Under the pieces are notes generated by a model. The model made no database searches and was not told the origin of the DNA. It worked only from the letters and a program-made list of their open reading frames with translations. A stretch of DNA of 64,000 nucleotides, from positions 32,566-96,565 of the forward strand of contig JAUYOH010000109.1 of the NCBI GenBank assembly GCA_030695925.1. Reading direction: 5' to 3'. The position numbers and the translations under genes were made by a program. The stretch is from Candidatus Omnitrophota bacterium. Lineage in GTDB: Bacteria; Omnitrophota; Gorgyraeia; Pluralincolimonadales; Pluralincolimonadaceae. Shown piece by piece: positions 19,268 through 31,009 of the stretch. How positions within the stretch are numbered: position 1 is the first letter of the stretch; every line of letters starts with the position of its first letter.

Positions 19268-20812
19268 CTATTCCCATTCTATCGTTGAGGGAGGCTTGGA
19301 ACTGATATCGTATACCACGCGGTTGACTCCCCTTACTTCGTTGATTATCCTGTTGGAGATCTTACCTAATAGTTCGTAGGGGAGCTTTGCCCAATCCGCG
19401 GTCATGCCGTCGACGCTGTTTACCGCGCGCAGGGCTATCACGTTCTCATACGTCCTCTCGTCCCCCATGACACCGACGGTCTTTATGGGCAGGAGGACCG
19501 CGAAAGACTGCCAGACCTTTCTGTAAAATCCGGCTTTCTTGATCTCGTTTAATACTATCGCGTCGACTTCCCTTAAGAGGTCGAGGCGCGCTTTAGTGAT
19601 ATCGCCGATTATCCTTATCGCTAATCCGGGCCCCGGAAACGGCTGACGTAATGTTATCTCTTCCGAGAGCCCCAATTCCTTGCCGACCTGCCGCACTTCA
19701 TCTTTGAATAATTCGCGCAGCGGCTCAACAAGTTTAAATTTCATGTTTAACGGCAAGCCGCCTACGTTGTGGTGAGTTTTTATGGTCGCCGACGGCCCCC
19801 CAAAAGCGGATTTTGATTCTATCACATCCGGGTATAATGTCCCCTGCGCCAGATAGCCTATCCTGCCCATCTTGCGCGCTTCCTCTTCGAATGTGCGGAT
19901 AAATTCATACCCGATTACCTTGCGTTTCTTTTCGGGGTCGGTCACTCCTTTGAGCGTTTTTAGGAATCTTTTTTCGGCGTTGACATAACGCAGGTTTATA
20001 TGAAAATGCTTCCGGAATGTCTTCTTTACGCGTTCGGCTTCCCCTTTCCTCAGTAAACCGTTATTGATGAATATGCAGGTCAACTGTCTGTCGATCGCCT
20101 TGTTTATCAATACGGCGGCGACCGACGAATCCACCCCTCCGGAGAGGCCGCATACCACTTTTTCTTTACCGACCGTACTTTTTATGCCGGCAACGGATTC
20201 ATTGATGAAGGATTTTGCCGACCACGTGCCCCTGCATCCGCAGACTTTAAATAAAAAATTGGCTATTATCCTGTTTCCTTTCGGCGTGTGGGCGACCTCG
20301 GGATGGAATTGTACTCCGTAGAACTTCCTCTCTTTATCGGCTATGACGGCGTACTTAGTATTCGAGGTATGGCCGATCTTCTTAAAACCGGGGGGCAGTT
20401 TCGAGACGAAATCGCCGTGGCTCATCCAGCATATTATCTTTTTATCTAATCCGGAGAAGAGGCCCCTAAAGTCGTCTATCGTCAGTTCAGCGCGGCCATA
20501 TTCACGGTGCCTTGCCCTAGTGACCTTCCCTCCGAGCATATGCGCCATCGCCTGCATCCCATAACAGATACCCAATATCGGGATGCCGAGTTCAAATATT
20601 TCTTTTCGCGGCCTCGGCACATTCGAGCCGTATATCGAGGCAGGCCCTCCGGAGAGTATGAGGCCTTTGGGGTTTATCCGTCTTATCTCTCGCGCGGTTA
20701 TATTATGCGGGACGATCCTTGAAAATACCTTGTTCTCTCTTATCCTGCGAGCTATCAGCTGGTTATACTGAGAGCCGAAGTCCAAGACCAACATAACTTC
20801 TTGCTGAGGCAT
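19268..20812 (-). CDS. guaA: GMP synthase (glutamine-hydrolysing)
   Basis: 514 aa. It has a GATase domain (ILGICYGMQ), the ATP-PPase P-loop (GLSGGVDSS), and the C-terminal STIEWE. Confidence 0.96.
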   Translation of the reverse strand: MPQQEVMLVLDFGSQYNQLIARRIRENKVFSRIVPHNITAREIRRINPKGLILSGGPASIYGSNVPRPRKEIFELGIPILGICYGMQAMAHMLGGKVTRARHREYGRAELTIDDFRGLFSGLDKKIICWMSHGDFVSKLPPGFKKIGHTSNTKYAVIADKERKFYGVQFHPEVAHTPKGNRIIANFLFKVCGCRGTWSAKSFINESVAGIKSTVGKEKVVCGLSGGVDSSVAAVLINKAIDRQLTCIFINNGLLRKGEAERVKKTFRKHFHINLRYVNAEKRFLKTLKGVTDPEKKRKVIGYEFIRTFEEEARKMGRIGYLAQGTLYPDVIESKSAFGGPSATIKTHHNVGGLPLNMKFKLVEPLRELFKDEVRQVGKELGLSEEITLRQPFPGPGLAIRIIGDITKARLDLLREVDAIVLNEIKKAGFYRKVWQSFAVLLPIKTVGVMGDERTYENVIALRAVNSVDGMTADWAKLPYELLGKISNRIINEVRGVNRVVYDISSKPPSTIEWE

Positions 20813-20815
20813 TGA

Positions 20816-21976
20816 TCACTTCCCCATTCCAACCCTTTGGACTCGTTGGAATATCTTTCCTTCTGTCTGGATGGAAGGAGCTACTATTATCTCTGTCTTC
20901 TGGAATTCTTTTATATTTCCGGCGCCTACCGAGCCCATCGAAGTCTCCAAGGCACCCATAAGGTTCTGTGAGCCGTCGTCGAACCGGGCCGGCCCGAATA
21001 AGATCTCTTCGAGTGTGCCCGTTGTGCCGACATGTATACGTGTCCCTCTCGGAAGGTTCGCGTGCGGAGTGGCCATACCCCAGTGATATCCTCTGCCGGG
21101 CGCCTCTATCGCTCTGGCGAAGGCCGAACCGACCATTACGGCGTCCGAACCGCAGGCGAACGCCTTGCAGATATCTCCGCCTATCCTCATACCTCCGTCA
21201 GTGATTATAGGGATGTATCTTTTCGTCTTTTTGTAATAGGTGTCACGCGCGGCCGCGCAATCTATTGTCGCGGTGACCTGCGGGACGCCGATGCCTAAAA
21301 CTCCTCTTGTCGTGCAAGCCGCGCCCGGGCCGATTCCGACTAATAGCGCGGAGGCCCCCGTTCCCATAAGCTCAAGCGCTACTTCATAACTCACACAGTT
21401 TCCGACGATGACCGGGATCTTCATGGACTTGCAGAATTTCTTTATATCGAGGGCCTTATATTCTTTTGAGATATGCTTTACCGTGCTTACCGTTGACTGG
21501 ACGACAAAGATGTCGGCGCCCGCGCTCTGGGCGATCTTTCCGAATTTCTCCGCGCGCTGCGGGATGGCGCTTACGACTGCCGATGCGCCGCCCTGTTTTA
21601 TCTGGCGGATCCTTTTTTCGATTAATTTTTCCTGAATAGGTTTGGTATAAATGGATTGAATTATTTCGGTTGCTCTGTCGGGGTCGGCCTTGACCAACTG
21701 GTCGAGGACTTCATCCGGATCTTCGTATCTTGTCTGGACGCCTTCAAGGTTTAAGACTGCGATTCCGCCGAGTTTACCCATCGCGATAGCGAATTTTACA
21801 TCGACGACACCGTCCATCGCCGCGGCAAGAATGGGCACCTTAAATTTCTTACCGTCTATTTTCCATGTCGTATCCACTTCGGTGGGGTTGATCGTGACTT
21901 TTCCGGGGGCAAGGGCTATCTCATCGAATCCGTAGCAGCGGCGGGCTTTCCTTCCGATTCCTATATATTGACCCAT
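20816..21976 (-). CDS. IMP dehydrogenase-family protein without a CBS subdomain (GuaB3-like)
   Basis: It has an IMPDH-type barrel, the catalytic-loop-like GIGPGAACTTR, and GGMRIGGDICKAFACGSDAVMVGS, but no CBS pair. I set the start at ATG 21976 (MGQYIG), preceded by TAAGGAGG. The tracked start at 22024 has no ribosome-binding site. Confidence 0.8.
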   Translation of the reverse strand: MGQYIGIGRKARRCYGFDEIALAPGKVTINPTEVDTTWKIDGKKFKVPILAAAMDGVVDVKFAIAMGKLGGIAVLNLEGVQTRYEDPDEVLDQLVKADPDRATEIIQSIYTKPIQEKLIEKRIRQIKQGGASAVVSAIPQRAEKFGKIAQSAGADIFVVQSTVSTVKHISKEYKALDIKKFCKSMKIPVIVGNCVSYEVALELMGTGASALLVGIGPGAACTTRGVLGIGVPQVTATIDCAAARDTYYKKTKRYIPIITDGGMRIGGDICKAFACGSDAVMVGSAFARAIEAPGRGYHWGMATPHANLPRGTRIHVGTTGTLEEILFGPARFDDGSQNLMGALETSMGSVGAGNIKEFQKTEIIVAPSIQTEGKIFQRVQRVGMGK

Positions 21977-22015
21977 GAACCGTGACCTCCTTAACTTTAT
22001 AAATGATAGACATAT

Positions 22016-22044
22016 ATGATACAAAAACGGCTCCGGAAAGTCAA
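22016..22044 (-). promoter_or_regulatory. Candidate promoter for guaB3-guaA-dnaE
   Basis: The minus strand reads TTGACT (22044..22039), a 17-nt spacer, then TATCAT (22021..22016). It lies directly after the groES2 terminator. Confidence 0.4.
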
Positions 22045-22081
22045 TAAAAAAGCCCCCTGACCTTATATCAGGGGGCTTTTT
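22045..22081 (-). terminator. Rho-independent terminator after the second groES
   Basis: A perfect 10-bp stem agccccctga/tcagggggct (22051-22060 with 22068-22077) has a 7-nt loop. It is flanked by an A-run and a T-run, so it carries a U-tract on the minus-strand transcript and is formally bidirectional. Confidence 0.8.
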
Positions 22082-22093
22082 AAAAAACGCCGA

Positions 22094-22381
22094 TTACTTG
22101 ACTATCGCCAGGATGTCATCGGCCTCGATTATGAGGTATTCCTTGTCATTGACCTTGACTTCGCTTCCGGAATATTTCCCGAAGATGATGATGTCGCCTG
22201 CTTTTACCTCGGGAGCGACTACTTTTCCGTTTGCGAGAGTCTTGCCCGAGCCGACCGCGATAACTTTCGCTTCCTGCGGCTTCTCCTTGGCCGTGTCAGG
22301 CAGGATTATCCCGCCTTTTGTTTTGTCCTCGGCCTTTAATATCTCGACTATTACTTTATCGCCAATTGGTCTTAAGTTCAT
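22094..22381 (-). CDS. groES: Co-chaperonin GroES, second copy (downstream of groEL)
   Basis: 95 aa. The mobile loop reads [25 protein letters not shown] lies upstream of the ATG. Confidence 0.92.
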   Translation of the reverse strand: MNLRPIGDKVIVEILKAEDKTKGGIILPDTAKEKPQEAKVIAVGSGKTLANGKVVAPEVKAGDIIIFGKYSGSEVKVNDKEYLIIEADDILAIVK

Positions 22382-22396
22382 TAAACTTCCTCCTTA

Positions 22397-24034
<1,638 letters not shown>

Positions 24035-24047
24035 TTACCTCCTCCTT

Positions 24048-24338
24048 TTAGTCCTTCAATATCGCCAAAACGTCACTTTCCTTTAATATCAGGAGATCCT
24101 CGTCCTTGTATTTTATCTCTGTCCCGCCATACCTGCCGTATAAGACCGTATCACCGGCTTTCACTTCCAGTTCCTTTACCTTGCCGTCATCAAGCAATTT
24201 GCCTTTGCCGACAGCGACTACCTTGGCCTGCTGGGGCTTTTCCTGCGCCGTGTCAGGAACGATAATGCCGCCTTTTGTCTTCTCCTCAACACTCAAGGGT
24301 TTTACTAAAATCCTGTCTCCTAATGGTATAACCGCCAT
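24048..24338 (-). CDS. groES: Co-chaperonin GroES, first copy (upstream of groEL)
   Basis: 96 aa. The mobile loop reads [19 protein letters not shown]. Confidence 0.93.
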   Translation of the reverse strand: MAVIPLGDRILVKPLSVEEKTKGGIIVPDTAQEKPQQAKVVAVGKGKLLDDGKVKELEVKAGDTVLYGRYGGTEIKYKDEDLLILKESDVLAILKD

Positions 24339-24404
24339 TTACGCACCTCCTTAACAATTTTTGGCTTAATTTAACCTAGGACAACTAGATTATTTAAGAG
24401 GATT

Positions 24405-24431
24405 TTAGCACTCCTAGTACGGGAGTGCTAA
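24405..24431 (-). promoter_or_regulatory. CIRCE operator (HrcA binding site)
   Basis: This is a perfect match to the CIRCE consensus TTAGCACTC-N9-GAGTGCTAA. It lies between the promoter and groES. Confidence 0.93.
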
Positions 24432-24442
24432 TTCTTGGCGAT

Positions 24443-24470
24443 ATTATACGCCTTTTGAGGATTTTGTCAA
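24443..24470 (-). promoter_or_regulatory. Sigma-70 consensus promoter of the groES-groEL-groES unit
   Basis: The minus strand reads TTGACA (24470..24465), a 16-nt spacer, then TATAAT (24448..24443). It lies 11 nt upstream of CIRCE and starts 10 nt after the coaX stop. Confidence 0.8.
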
Positions 24471-24479
24471 GAAAAATTT

Positions 24480-25211
24480 TTATTTTAAGGACTTCTCGTA
24501 GATTAGCCGTAACCCCTGGAGGGTCAGATTCGGGTCCACTTTAGGTATCGATCTTGAGAATTTGGACATGAGTCGGGCATGGCCACCGGTTGCGATGACG
24601 CGCATCGGGCCGTATTTCGTTCTTAGCTTCGCCACAAGGCCATCGCACAGCACGCCGAAGCCGTTGAAGATTCCGCTCTTCATGCTGCTTACGGTATCTC
24701 TTCCCACCAACTCTTTAGGAGCCGATACCTTTATTATAGGAAGGAGTGCCGCCTGTTTTGAGAGCGCCCTTACCGAGGTCTCGATGCCGGGCACGATGAT
24801 CCCGCCGAGATAATCCCCTTTCTTTGATATGATGTCGAAGGTTATAGCCGTGCCGAAATCAATGACTATCGCGGGACAGCTGTAGAGTTCTTTTACCGCG
24901 ACAGCATCGACTAATCTATCCTGCCCCACTTGTCTCGGGTTGCGATAAAGATTTTTAATCGGCGCTTTGATATTTTCGCCCAATACAAGCGGGCGGATAT
25001 TATATTTCTTGGCGACCATTTTTTTAACTACCGGCGTCGCCTTCGGCACAACACTTGATATTATCGCGGCATCGATATTCCCTGGCAATCTTATCGTCTT
25101 TTTTAATAAAACGCTCTCTGTCGAAATTTTCCAAGTGGATTTTAATCTTTTCCCTTGGAATACTCCGAAGGCGATACTTGTATTCCCTATATCTATTGTA
25201 AGCAGCATCAT
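24480..25211 (-). CDS. coaX: Type III pantothenate kinase
   Basis: 243 aa with the motifs LTIDIGNTS, IDFGTA and GGHA. Confidence 0.9.
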   Translation of the reverse strand: MMLLTIDIGNTSIAFGVFQGKRLKSTWKISTESVLLKKTIRLPGNIDAAIISSVVPKATPVVKKMVAKKYNIRPLVLGENIKAPIKNLYRNPRQVGQDRLVDAVAVKELYSCPAIVIDFGTAITFDIISKKGDYLGGIIVPGIETSVRALSKQAALLPIIKVSAPKELVGRDTVSSMKSGIFNGFGVLCDGLVAKLRTKYGPMRVIATGGHARLMSKFSRSIPKVDPNLTLQGLRLIYEKSLK

Positions 25212-26167
25212 CTCACCATTATCACATCGCCGGCAGTGACTTTTTCGGTAAAGCCCGAGTCAAGCCGGATTACGAGCGCCCCGTTTAAGTCGAGGTCAAC
25301 GGCATAGCCCTCGATCTTCTTATCCTGACACACCACCTTTACCCTCTCGCCGAGCATATACGAGAGGTTGCGCCATTCGGTTATGATTTGCTCGAATCCC
25401 TTTTCCCTGAATAAATGGTACTGATGTTCTATCTCCCGTAAAAGTTCTCTTGTCAGTTCAACGCGCGAGACCGCCTCGCCCAATTCGGATTTAAGCGATG
25501 AGGCGCCTTTCGGAAGATTTTCCTTGTCCGTGTTTACGTTTATACCAATTCCGATAACGACGTATTTGACCGTGTTCACCTCGGCGCTCATCTCGGTCAA
25601 TATACCGCAGACCTTGTGGCCGTTCACCATGATATCATTCGGCCATTTGATAAGGGCGGGCAAGTCCGTAATTTTTCTTATCGCACTCGCGACGGCAATC
25701 GCTGACATTAATGTTATCTTGGAGGCATGTGTGGGCGAGATCTTAGGCCTCAGGATAAACGAGAGATATATTCCCTTGCCTTTAGGTGATGACCACTCTC
25801 TGCCTAACCTTCCGCGGCCTTTCGACTGCCCTTCACTGAATACCGCTGTGCCCTCAGGCGAACCCGACTCTGCCAGCTTTTGGGCGATGTCATTAGTGGA
25901 GCCGGTAGATTCGTAGGAATGGATCTGTTTCCCGATGATTTTTGTGCCGAGGCGATAAGAGATCTCTTCGGCTGTCAATTTGTCGGGTGTCGCCGTCAGG
26001 CGATAGCCTACGTGCGGCTCGCCGGTTATCTCATAGCCCTCTTTACGCAGCTGCTCGATGTGCTTCCATACCGCGGCGCGCGAGATCTTCAGTTTCTCGC
26101 TTATTTCTTCCCCTGATATAAATTCGCCGTTTGATGTGCGGAATATATTTAAGATCTTATCGTCCAT
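25208..26167 (-). CDS. birA: Bifunctional biotin--[acetyl-CoA-carboxylase] ligase / transcriptional repressor BirA
   Basis: 319 aa. It has an N-terminal wHTH (ISGEEISEKLKISRAAVWKHIEQL) and the ligase motif GRGRLGREW. Confidence 0.9.
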   Translation of the reverse strand: MDDKILNIFRTSNGEFISGEEISEKLKISRAAVWKHIEQLRKEGYEITGEPHVGYRLTATPDKLTAEEISYRLGTKIIGKQIHSYESTGSTNDIAQKLAESGSPEGTAVFSEGQSKGRGRLGREWSSPKGKGIYLSFILRPKISPTHASKITLMSAIAVASAIRKITDLPALIKWPNDIMVNGHKVCGILTEMSAEVNTVKYVVIGIGINVNTDKENLPKGASSLKSELGEAVSRVELTRELLREIEHQYHLFREKGFEQIITEWRNLSYMLGERVKVVCQDKKIEGYAVDLDLNGALVIRLDSGFTEKVTAGDVIMVR

Positions 26168-28147
26168 TTAAGGTTTTACCTGTAATTTTTTCTTTAGCGA
26201 GGCGATCTGGTCGCGGATGACGGTCGCTTTCTCGAATTGCAGGTTCCTCGCCGCGAGGTCCATCTCGTATTCGAGGTCCTCTATCGCTTTCTCGAACTCA
26301 TAACCGTCGGACGGGATCCCTGCCGCTTCAAGTTCCACCTCGCGCGCCTCATCGAGCATCTCGATACCTTCGCGGATCGCCTTCTCGATGGATCTTGGCG
26401 TAATATTATTCTTCTTATTATACTCCATTTGCAGGTTTCGTCTACGGTTAGTTTCGTCTATCGCGCGCTTGAGTGAGCCGGTTATCGTATCGGCATACAT
26501 TATGACCTGTCCGTTTATGTGGCGCGCCGCGCGTCCCGCGACCTGGATGAGCGAAGTCTCAGACCTTAAGAACCCTTCTTTGTCCGCGTCCAATACCGCT
26601 ACAAGCGATACTTCGGGCAGGTCAAGGCCTTCCCTCAAGAGATTTACGCCGACAAGGCAGTCAAATTGCCCAAGGCGCAGCTCTTTGAGGATCTTTACCC
26701 TTTCTATCGTGTCTATATCCGAGTGGATGTATTTAACGCGGAGATTTAACTCTTCGAGATAAGACGATAAATCCTCTGCCATTCGTTTTGTCAGGGTGGT
26801 AACGAGGACACGCTCTTTCTTTTGCGCGCGCTCTTTGACCTGCTGTATCAGGTCGTCTACCTGTTTTTCTGTCGGCTTGATGATGATATCGGGATCTATC
26901 AGGCCTGTCGGCCGGATAAGCTGCTCGACGACCTTGGCGCCGCATTTTACTATCTCGTATTGCGAGGGTGTGGCCGAGGCGAATATGACCTCTTTTACCA
27001 GCCCCTCAAATTCATCTAATCGAAGCGGCCTGTTGTCAAGGCACGATGGAAGCCGGAATCCGTATTCGACAAGCGTCTTTTTTCTCGCGCGGTCGCCTTT
27101 ATACATACCCCTTATCTGCGGGACGGTCACGTGCGACTCATCTATTATAGTCAGGAAATCATCCGGGAAATAATCTATAAGGCAATATGGCCGGCTGCCC
27201 GCGGGACGCCCGGTCAAATGGCGCGAATAATTCTCTATCCCGTGGCAATAGCCGATCTCGCGCAGCATCTCCATATCATATTTCGTGCGCTGTTCAAGAC
27301 GCTGCGCCTCAAGAAGCTTTCCCTTTGAACGGAAGAATTCCAGCTGTTCGGCAAGTTCTTCATTAATTACTTTAATGGCGTCTTCTATCCTGCCCGGCGC
27401 GGTTATAAAATGCTTGGCCGGATATACGGTGACGCGCTCTCTTCTTCCTATTATTTTTCCCGAGATGGAGTTGAATTCCTGTATCTTCTCTATTTCGTCG
27501 CCGAAGAACTCGATCCTTATCGCCTCTTCTTTATAGGCGGGGAATATCTCGACCGTATCGCCGCGTACCCTGACTTTGCCGCGGGTGAATTCAACGTCAT
27601 TGCGTTCGTATTGGATATTTATAAGCCGGCGGAGCGCCTCATCCCTGTCCACCTTCTGGCCTTCTTCCAGCGAGACGAGCATCTCGGCGTAATCTTCAGG
27701 CGAACCGAGGTTATAAATGCAGGAGACGCTGGCGACTATTATTACGTCCCTTCGCGACATAAGCGAGGATGTGGCCGAGAGGCGCAGGCGGTCGAGGCGG
27801 TCATTTATTGAAGAGTCTTTCTCTATATAGGTGTCTGTCTGCGGGATATATGCCTCGGGCTGGTAGTAATCGTAGTAACTCACGAAATACTCGACCGCGT
27901 TCTCCGGGAAAAATTCCTTGAACTCGCTGTATAACTGGGCGGCAAGAGTTTTATTGTGGGATATGACGAGCGTGGGTTTACCGGCCTTCTCTATGACATT
28001 GGCAAGCGTAAAGGTCTTGCCCGAACCGGTAACGCCGAGAAGCGTTTGGTAACGTTTGCCGTTGATGAGCCCTTCAGAGAGGGCTTTTATCGCCTGCGGC
28101 TGGTCACCGGCAGGCTTAAAGGAGGAAGCGAGTTTGAGCTTCGCCAT
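26168..28147 (-). CDS. uvrB: Excinuclease ABC subunit B
   Basis: 659 aa. It has Walker A GVTGSGKT, helicase motifs, and a C-terminal UVR domain ([11 protein letters not shown]). Confidence 0.96.
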   Translation of the reverse strand: MAKLKLASSFKPAGDQPQAIKALSEGLINGKRYQTLLGVTGSGKTFTLANVIEKAGKPTLVISHNKTLAAQLYSEFKEFFPENAVEYFVSYYDYYQPEAYIPQTDTYIEKDSSINDRLDRLRLSATSSLMSRRDVIIVASVSCIYNLGSPEDYAEMLVSLEEGQKVDRDEALRRLINIQYERNDVEFTRGKVRVRGDTVEIFPAYKEEAIRIEFFGDEIEKIQEFNSISGKIIGRRERVTVYPAKHFITAPGRIEDAIKVINEELAEQLEFFRSKGKLLEAQRLEQRTKYDMEMLREIGYCHGIENYSRHLTGRPAGSRPYCLIDYFPDDFLTIIDESHVTVPQIRGMYKGDRARKKTLVEYGFRLPSCLDNRPLRLDEFEGLVKEVIFASATPSQYEIVKCGAKVVEQLIRPTGLIDPDIIIKPTEKQVDDLIQQVKERAQKKERVLVTTLTKRMAEDLSSYLEELNLRVKYIHSDIDTIERVKILKELRLGQFDCLVGVNLLREGLDLPEVSLVAVLDADKEGFLRSETSLIQVAGRAARHINGQVIMYADTITGSLKRAIDETNRRRNLQMEYNKKNNITPRSIEKAIREGIEMLDEAREVELEAAGIPSDGYEFEKAIEDLEYEMDLAARNLQFEKATVIRDQIASLKKKLQVKP

Positions 28148-28148
28148 A

Positions 28149-30998
28149 TTAGAATTTGACTTCTAATTCTTTTGTATCCGCGGGAATCTCGATTTTTTTC
28201 TTCCCTATGGTCAGGATGTATCCTTCGGGTGGAGGTGTTGTGGCGGCATCAAGCGTCAATTTCAGAAAACCTTTATTGCGGAAACTCTGGACCTTGAAAC
28301 CAATCTTGCCAAAATAAGTCGGCGCATTTTTGATTTCAATGATCTTGCCGTCGTCAAGCCAAGCCTCAGGCACGCATGACAAAAGGATTAATTTATTCCC
28401 GTCCTCGCGCAAGAGCATGTCGCGCAGGAGAAGCACGTAATGCGCCGCCGACCAGCCGTGCGGGACGTCTCCGATTATGCCTTCGGACATCTCCCTTAGG
28501 CCTTTATTGTTTAGTCTGCTCGGCATCGCTTCCATCCATCCGCCCGGACAGGATTGGTGTTCTATCCCCCACTCGATATTCTTTAACGCGACGTCCTCCA
28601 TTCCCAGGTAGATCAAAGGATGCGCCAGTTTAAAATTATACCCCCAGAATACTTTTTCGTATTCCACAAACCACGCGCCGTCGTAATCCGTGAATTTGCC
28701 GGCATTCTGCCAATACTGTTCATACGATTTTTTAAAGAGGCTCATCGGGACAGGTATCCCCATATTCTGTCCGGGGAACATCGCCGGCCGATGCGCCCAA
28801 GCCATCTGTGTATCGCCTAGAATCCTATGCTCCCCATCAACAATGCGCATTTCCTTAGGCCAGTAATCCGCGAAGCCGGGCATGTATTCAAGCCCTTCTT
28901 TCTTCATTACCTTTTCTATGCTTGTTGTGGTGGCCTTAAGCAGGCTTTCGTATTCCTCTTTAATCCATTTGGCGTCATTTTCTTTACCGAGTTTCTCCGC
29001 GGCTTCCCATCCGGATTTAAGGCCCACGATCGCCCACCAATCATCGACGTATAGATACGCGGGAATCTTGAAATTATCCTGACTTACCCCTTTCGGCAGA
29101 AGGCCGTAGGCGGGATCATCTTTCGGTAATTCAAGCTGTTTTGCGCGCAATTTCCTGATGAGTTCGCAACCGGATTTTATTCGCGGGTAGACGGCCTCGA
29201 GATATGCCTTGTCTTTCGTTAGACGGTAGTGCTCGTAAAGCCCAAAAATGCTTCCGCCGAGCTCATCGACATATCCCCCGCCTTCGGCGTAATTGAAATA
29301 ATCCGTGGAGTCGCGCGCTTCTTCCGTAAGCCCCGCCTTATCGAGCGCGTTATCCATATCGACGGCATCGTGCAGGAAGAATGAGGTATATTCGTATGGG
29401 CCGGGGAACAATTTGTTCTGTTCATCCATTATGAGGATATAATAAAGCGATGAGTAGAAGCAGTCGCTGTATCTCTTGTCTGGCAGAGTCAGTTCCAGCG
29501 GAACGCGGCCTTTCCAGTATTTTATAGTTAGTTCAAACGCCTCGTCAAAACTCAAGTCCTTTATCTCGTTAAAATTAAGATCGTGGCCTTCACCCGCCGG
29601 GACAACAAAATCGAACATCTCGGTCTGGCCGGCCTTGATCTTTCTATTATAAGATAGCGCGTCCTTTATGTCCTTTCCGATGGGACCGTCTGCCCTCTCG
29701 TCAAGAAAAAGCCGCGCCGCGCCGTTTATTTTGACTGTATGATCGTTGTCATATTCTATTGTCTTCATATCCTCGATTTTCCATTTCGGATAGAGCGGGT
29801 TTGGGCGGATGACCGCGTAAATCGAGATATCCTTATCCTTCTTTCCGGTATTCTTGACGGATACCCGCGCGTAATTCATTACCTTGCCTATCTTCCCATC
29901 CCACCACGAAAAGACCGTCGTCTGCGATTCAAGTTCTCCGCTCTTCCACGACACGATAGTGACGGGATAGCCGCCGTCTATGAGTCTCCAATTTGTCGCC
30001 AAGGTCTCGGGCGTATAAAGCAGGTCTTTCTCATGGTCATAGGCCCAGAAACTCACGCGGAACGGGTACGGATAACACGCGAATGAACCATCCTTTCCTA
30101 TAAATGTCTTGAAACGGTTCCCTTCCCATCCGGCAAGTCCGCGGGCTTTATCAAGGCTTTTGTGTTTGGCGATGTCTTCCCAGTCTTTAAGATGAATCTC
30201 TTTCATAGTGTATCCTTTCCCATTATTGCTGTTTTCGCAATCGATTTTAAGGTAACGTTTGCTCCTTATATTGACGTATATCTTATCCAAACCGCCTTTG
30301 CCGCTGTTCTGTTCATATATGGTATTCCATGTTTTTTTATCCGAAGACACTTCGATCTTGTACCAAGTCGCGTAGTCTTCTCCCCAGTCTATAAATATGC
30401 CGCCCAAATTTTTCTCTTTTTTGAATTCAATTTCCAACCATGCTTTGTCTGTTTTTCCGCTCCGCCACATGGTCTGCGTATCGCCATCCATCGCATCCTC
30501 AGGCCGGTTTCCCTTGCTTGAGTAGGAAGCGGTTATAGGCATCTCTTCTTCCGCGCCTTTTATCCTGACTTCCCACAGGGAATAACCCCATTGCGTACCC
30601 CGTTCACTGAGGGATATCTTTATAAATCTGGCCCTTTTCTTCCCGAAGTAGATATCGTCTGTCAGGCCGTCGCCTTCAGCAGTCGTGTAAACATTCCTCC
30701 ATAACTTTCCGTCCTCAGAGAGCAGTATATCATACGATTTTCCGTAGGCGGCTTCCCAATACAACGTAAGGCCGACTATATCCTTGGCCTCTCCCATATC
30801 TATAAGCAGCCATTGACGGTCGGAGAATTGGCTGCCCCACCGGGTCTGCATATTGTCGTCGAGGGCTCTTGCGGCGGAGTTAGACTCGTTTTCGCTTGAG
30901 GAGGCGGTTACTGTAACGGCCGCGCGCAGGCTAGCGGGGTTAAACGCGTAAAAGATCAATGATAAAGAAAGTAATATCCCTAATCTGGTTCTTATCAA
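28149..30998 (-). CDS. Secreted protein with two discoidin (F5/8 type C, CBM32-like) domains and a C-terminal six-hairpin-glycosidase-like region
   Basis: 949 aa. It has a signal peptide (cleavage near SLRA/AV). Two discoidin-like units are present (NMQTRWGS...WLLIDMG and [10 protein letters not shown]...AWLEIEF). The C-terminal half has alpha/alpha-barrel-like features ([47 protein letters not shown]). The catalytic family is not assignable by eye. Confidence 0.6.
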   Translation of the reverse strand: MIRTRLGILLSLSLIFYAFNPASLRAAVTVTASSSENESNSAARALDDNMQTRWGSQFSDRQWLLIDMGEAKDIVGLTLYWEAAYGKSYDILLSEDGKLWRNVYTTAEGDGLTDDIYFGKKRARFIKISLSERGTQWGYSLWEVRIKGAEEEMPITASYSSKGNRPEDAMDGDTQTMWRSGKTDKAWLEIEFKKEKNLGGIFIDWGEDYATWYKIEVSSDKKTWNTIYEQNSGKGGLDKIYVNIRSKRYLKIDCENSNNGKGYTMKEIHLKDWEDIAKHKSLDKARGLAGWEGNRFKTFIGKDGSFACYPYPFRVSFWAYDHEKDLLYTPETLATNWRLIDGGYPVTIVSWKSGELESQTTVFSWWDGKIGKVMNYARVSVKNTGKKDKDISIYAVIRPNPLYPKWKIEDMKTIEYDNDHTVKINGAARLFLDERADGPIGKDIKDALSYNRKIKAGQTEMFDFVVPAGEGHDLNFNEIKDLSFDEAFELTIKYWKGRVPLELTLPDKRYSDCFYSSLYYILIMDEQNKLFPGPYEYTSFFLHDAVDMDNALDKAGLTEEARDSTDYFNYAEGGGYVDELGGSIFGLYEHYRLTKDKAYLEAVYPRIKSGCELIRKLRAKQLELPKDDPAYGLLPKGVSQDNFKIPAYLYVDDWWAIVGLKSGWEAAEKLGKENDAKWIKEEYESLLKATTTSIEKVMKKEGLEYMPGFADYWPKEMRIVDGEHRILGDTQMAWAHRPAMFPGQNMGIPVPMSLFKKSYEQYWQNAGKFTDYDGAWFVEYEKVFWGYNFKLAHPLIYLGMEDVALKNIEWGIEHQSCPGGWMEAMPSRLNNKGLREMSEGIIGDVPHGWSAAHYVLLLRDMLLREDGNKLILLSCVPEAWLDDGKIIEIKNAPTYFGKIGFKVQSFRNKGFLKLTLDAATTPPPEGYILTIGKKKIEIPADTKELEVKF

Positions 30999-31009
30999 GG
31001 GGACTATCC

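Noticed and set aside
29051-29070. The half-site gcgggaat, as a possible second copy of the trpB/trpA palindromic element.
   Set aside because: Only one arm is present and no inverted partner lies nearby. It is a chance 8-mer match inside a coding region.
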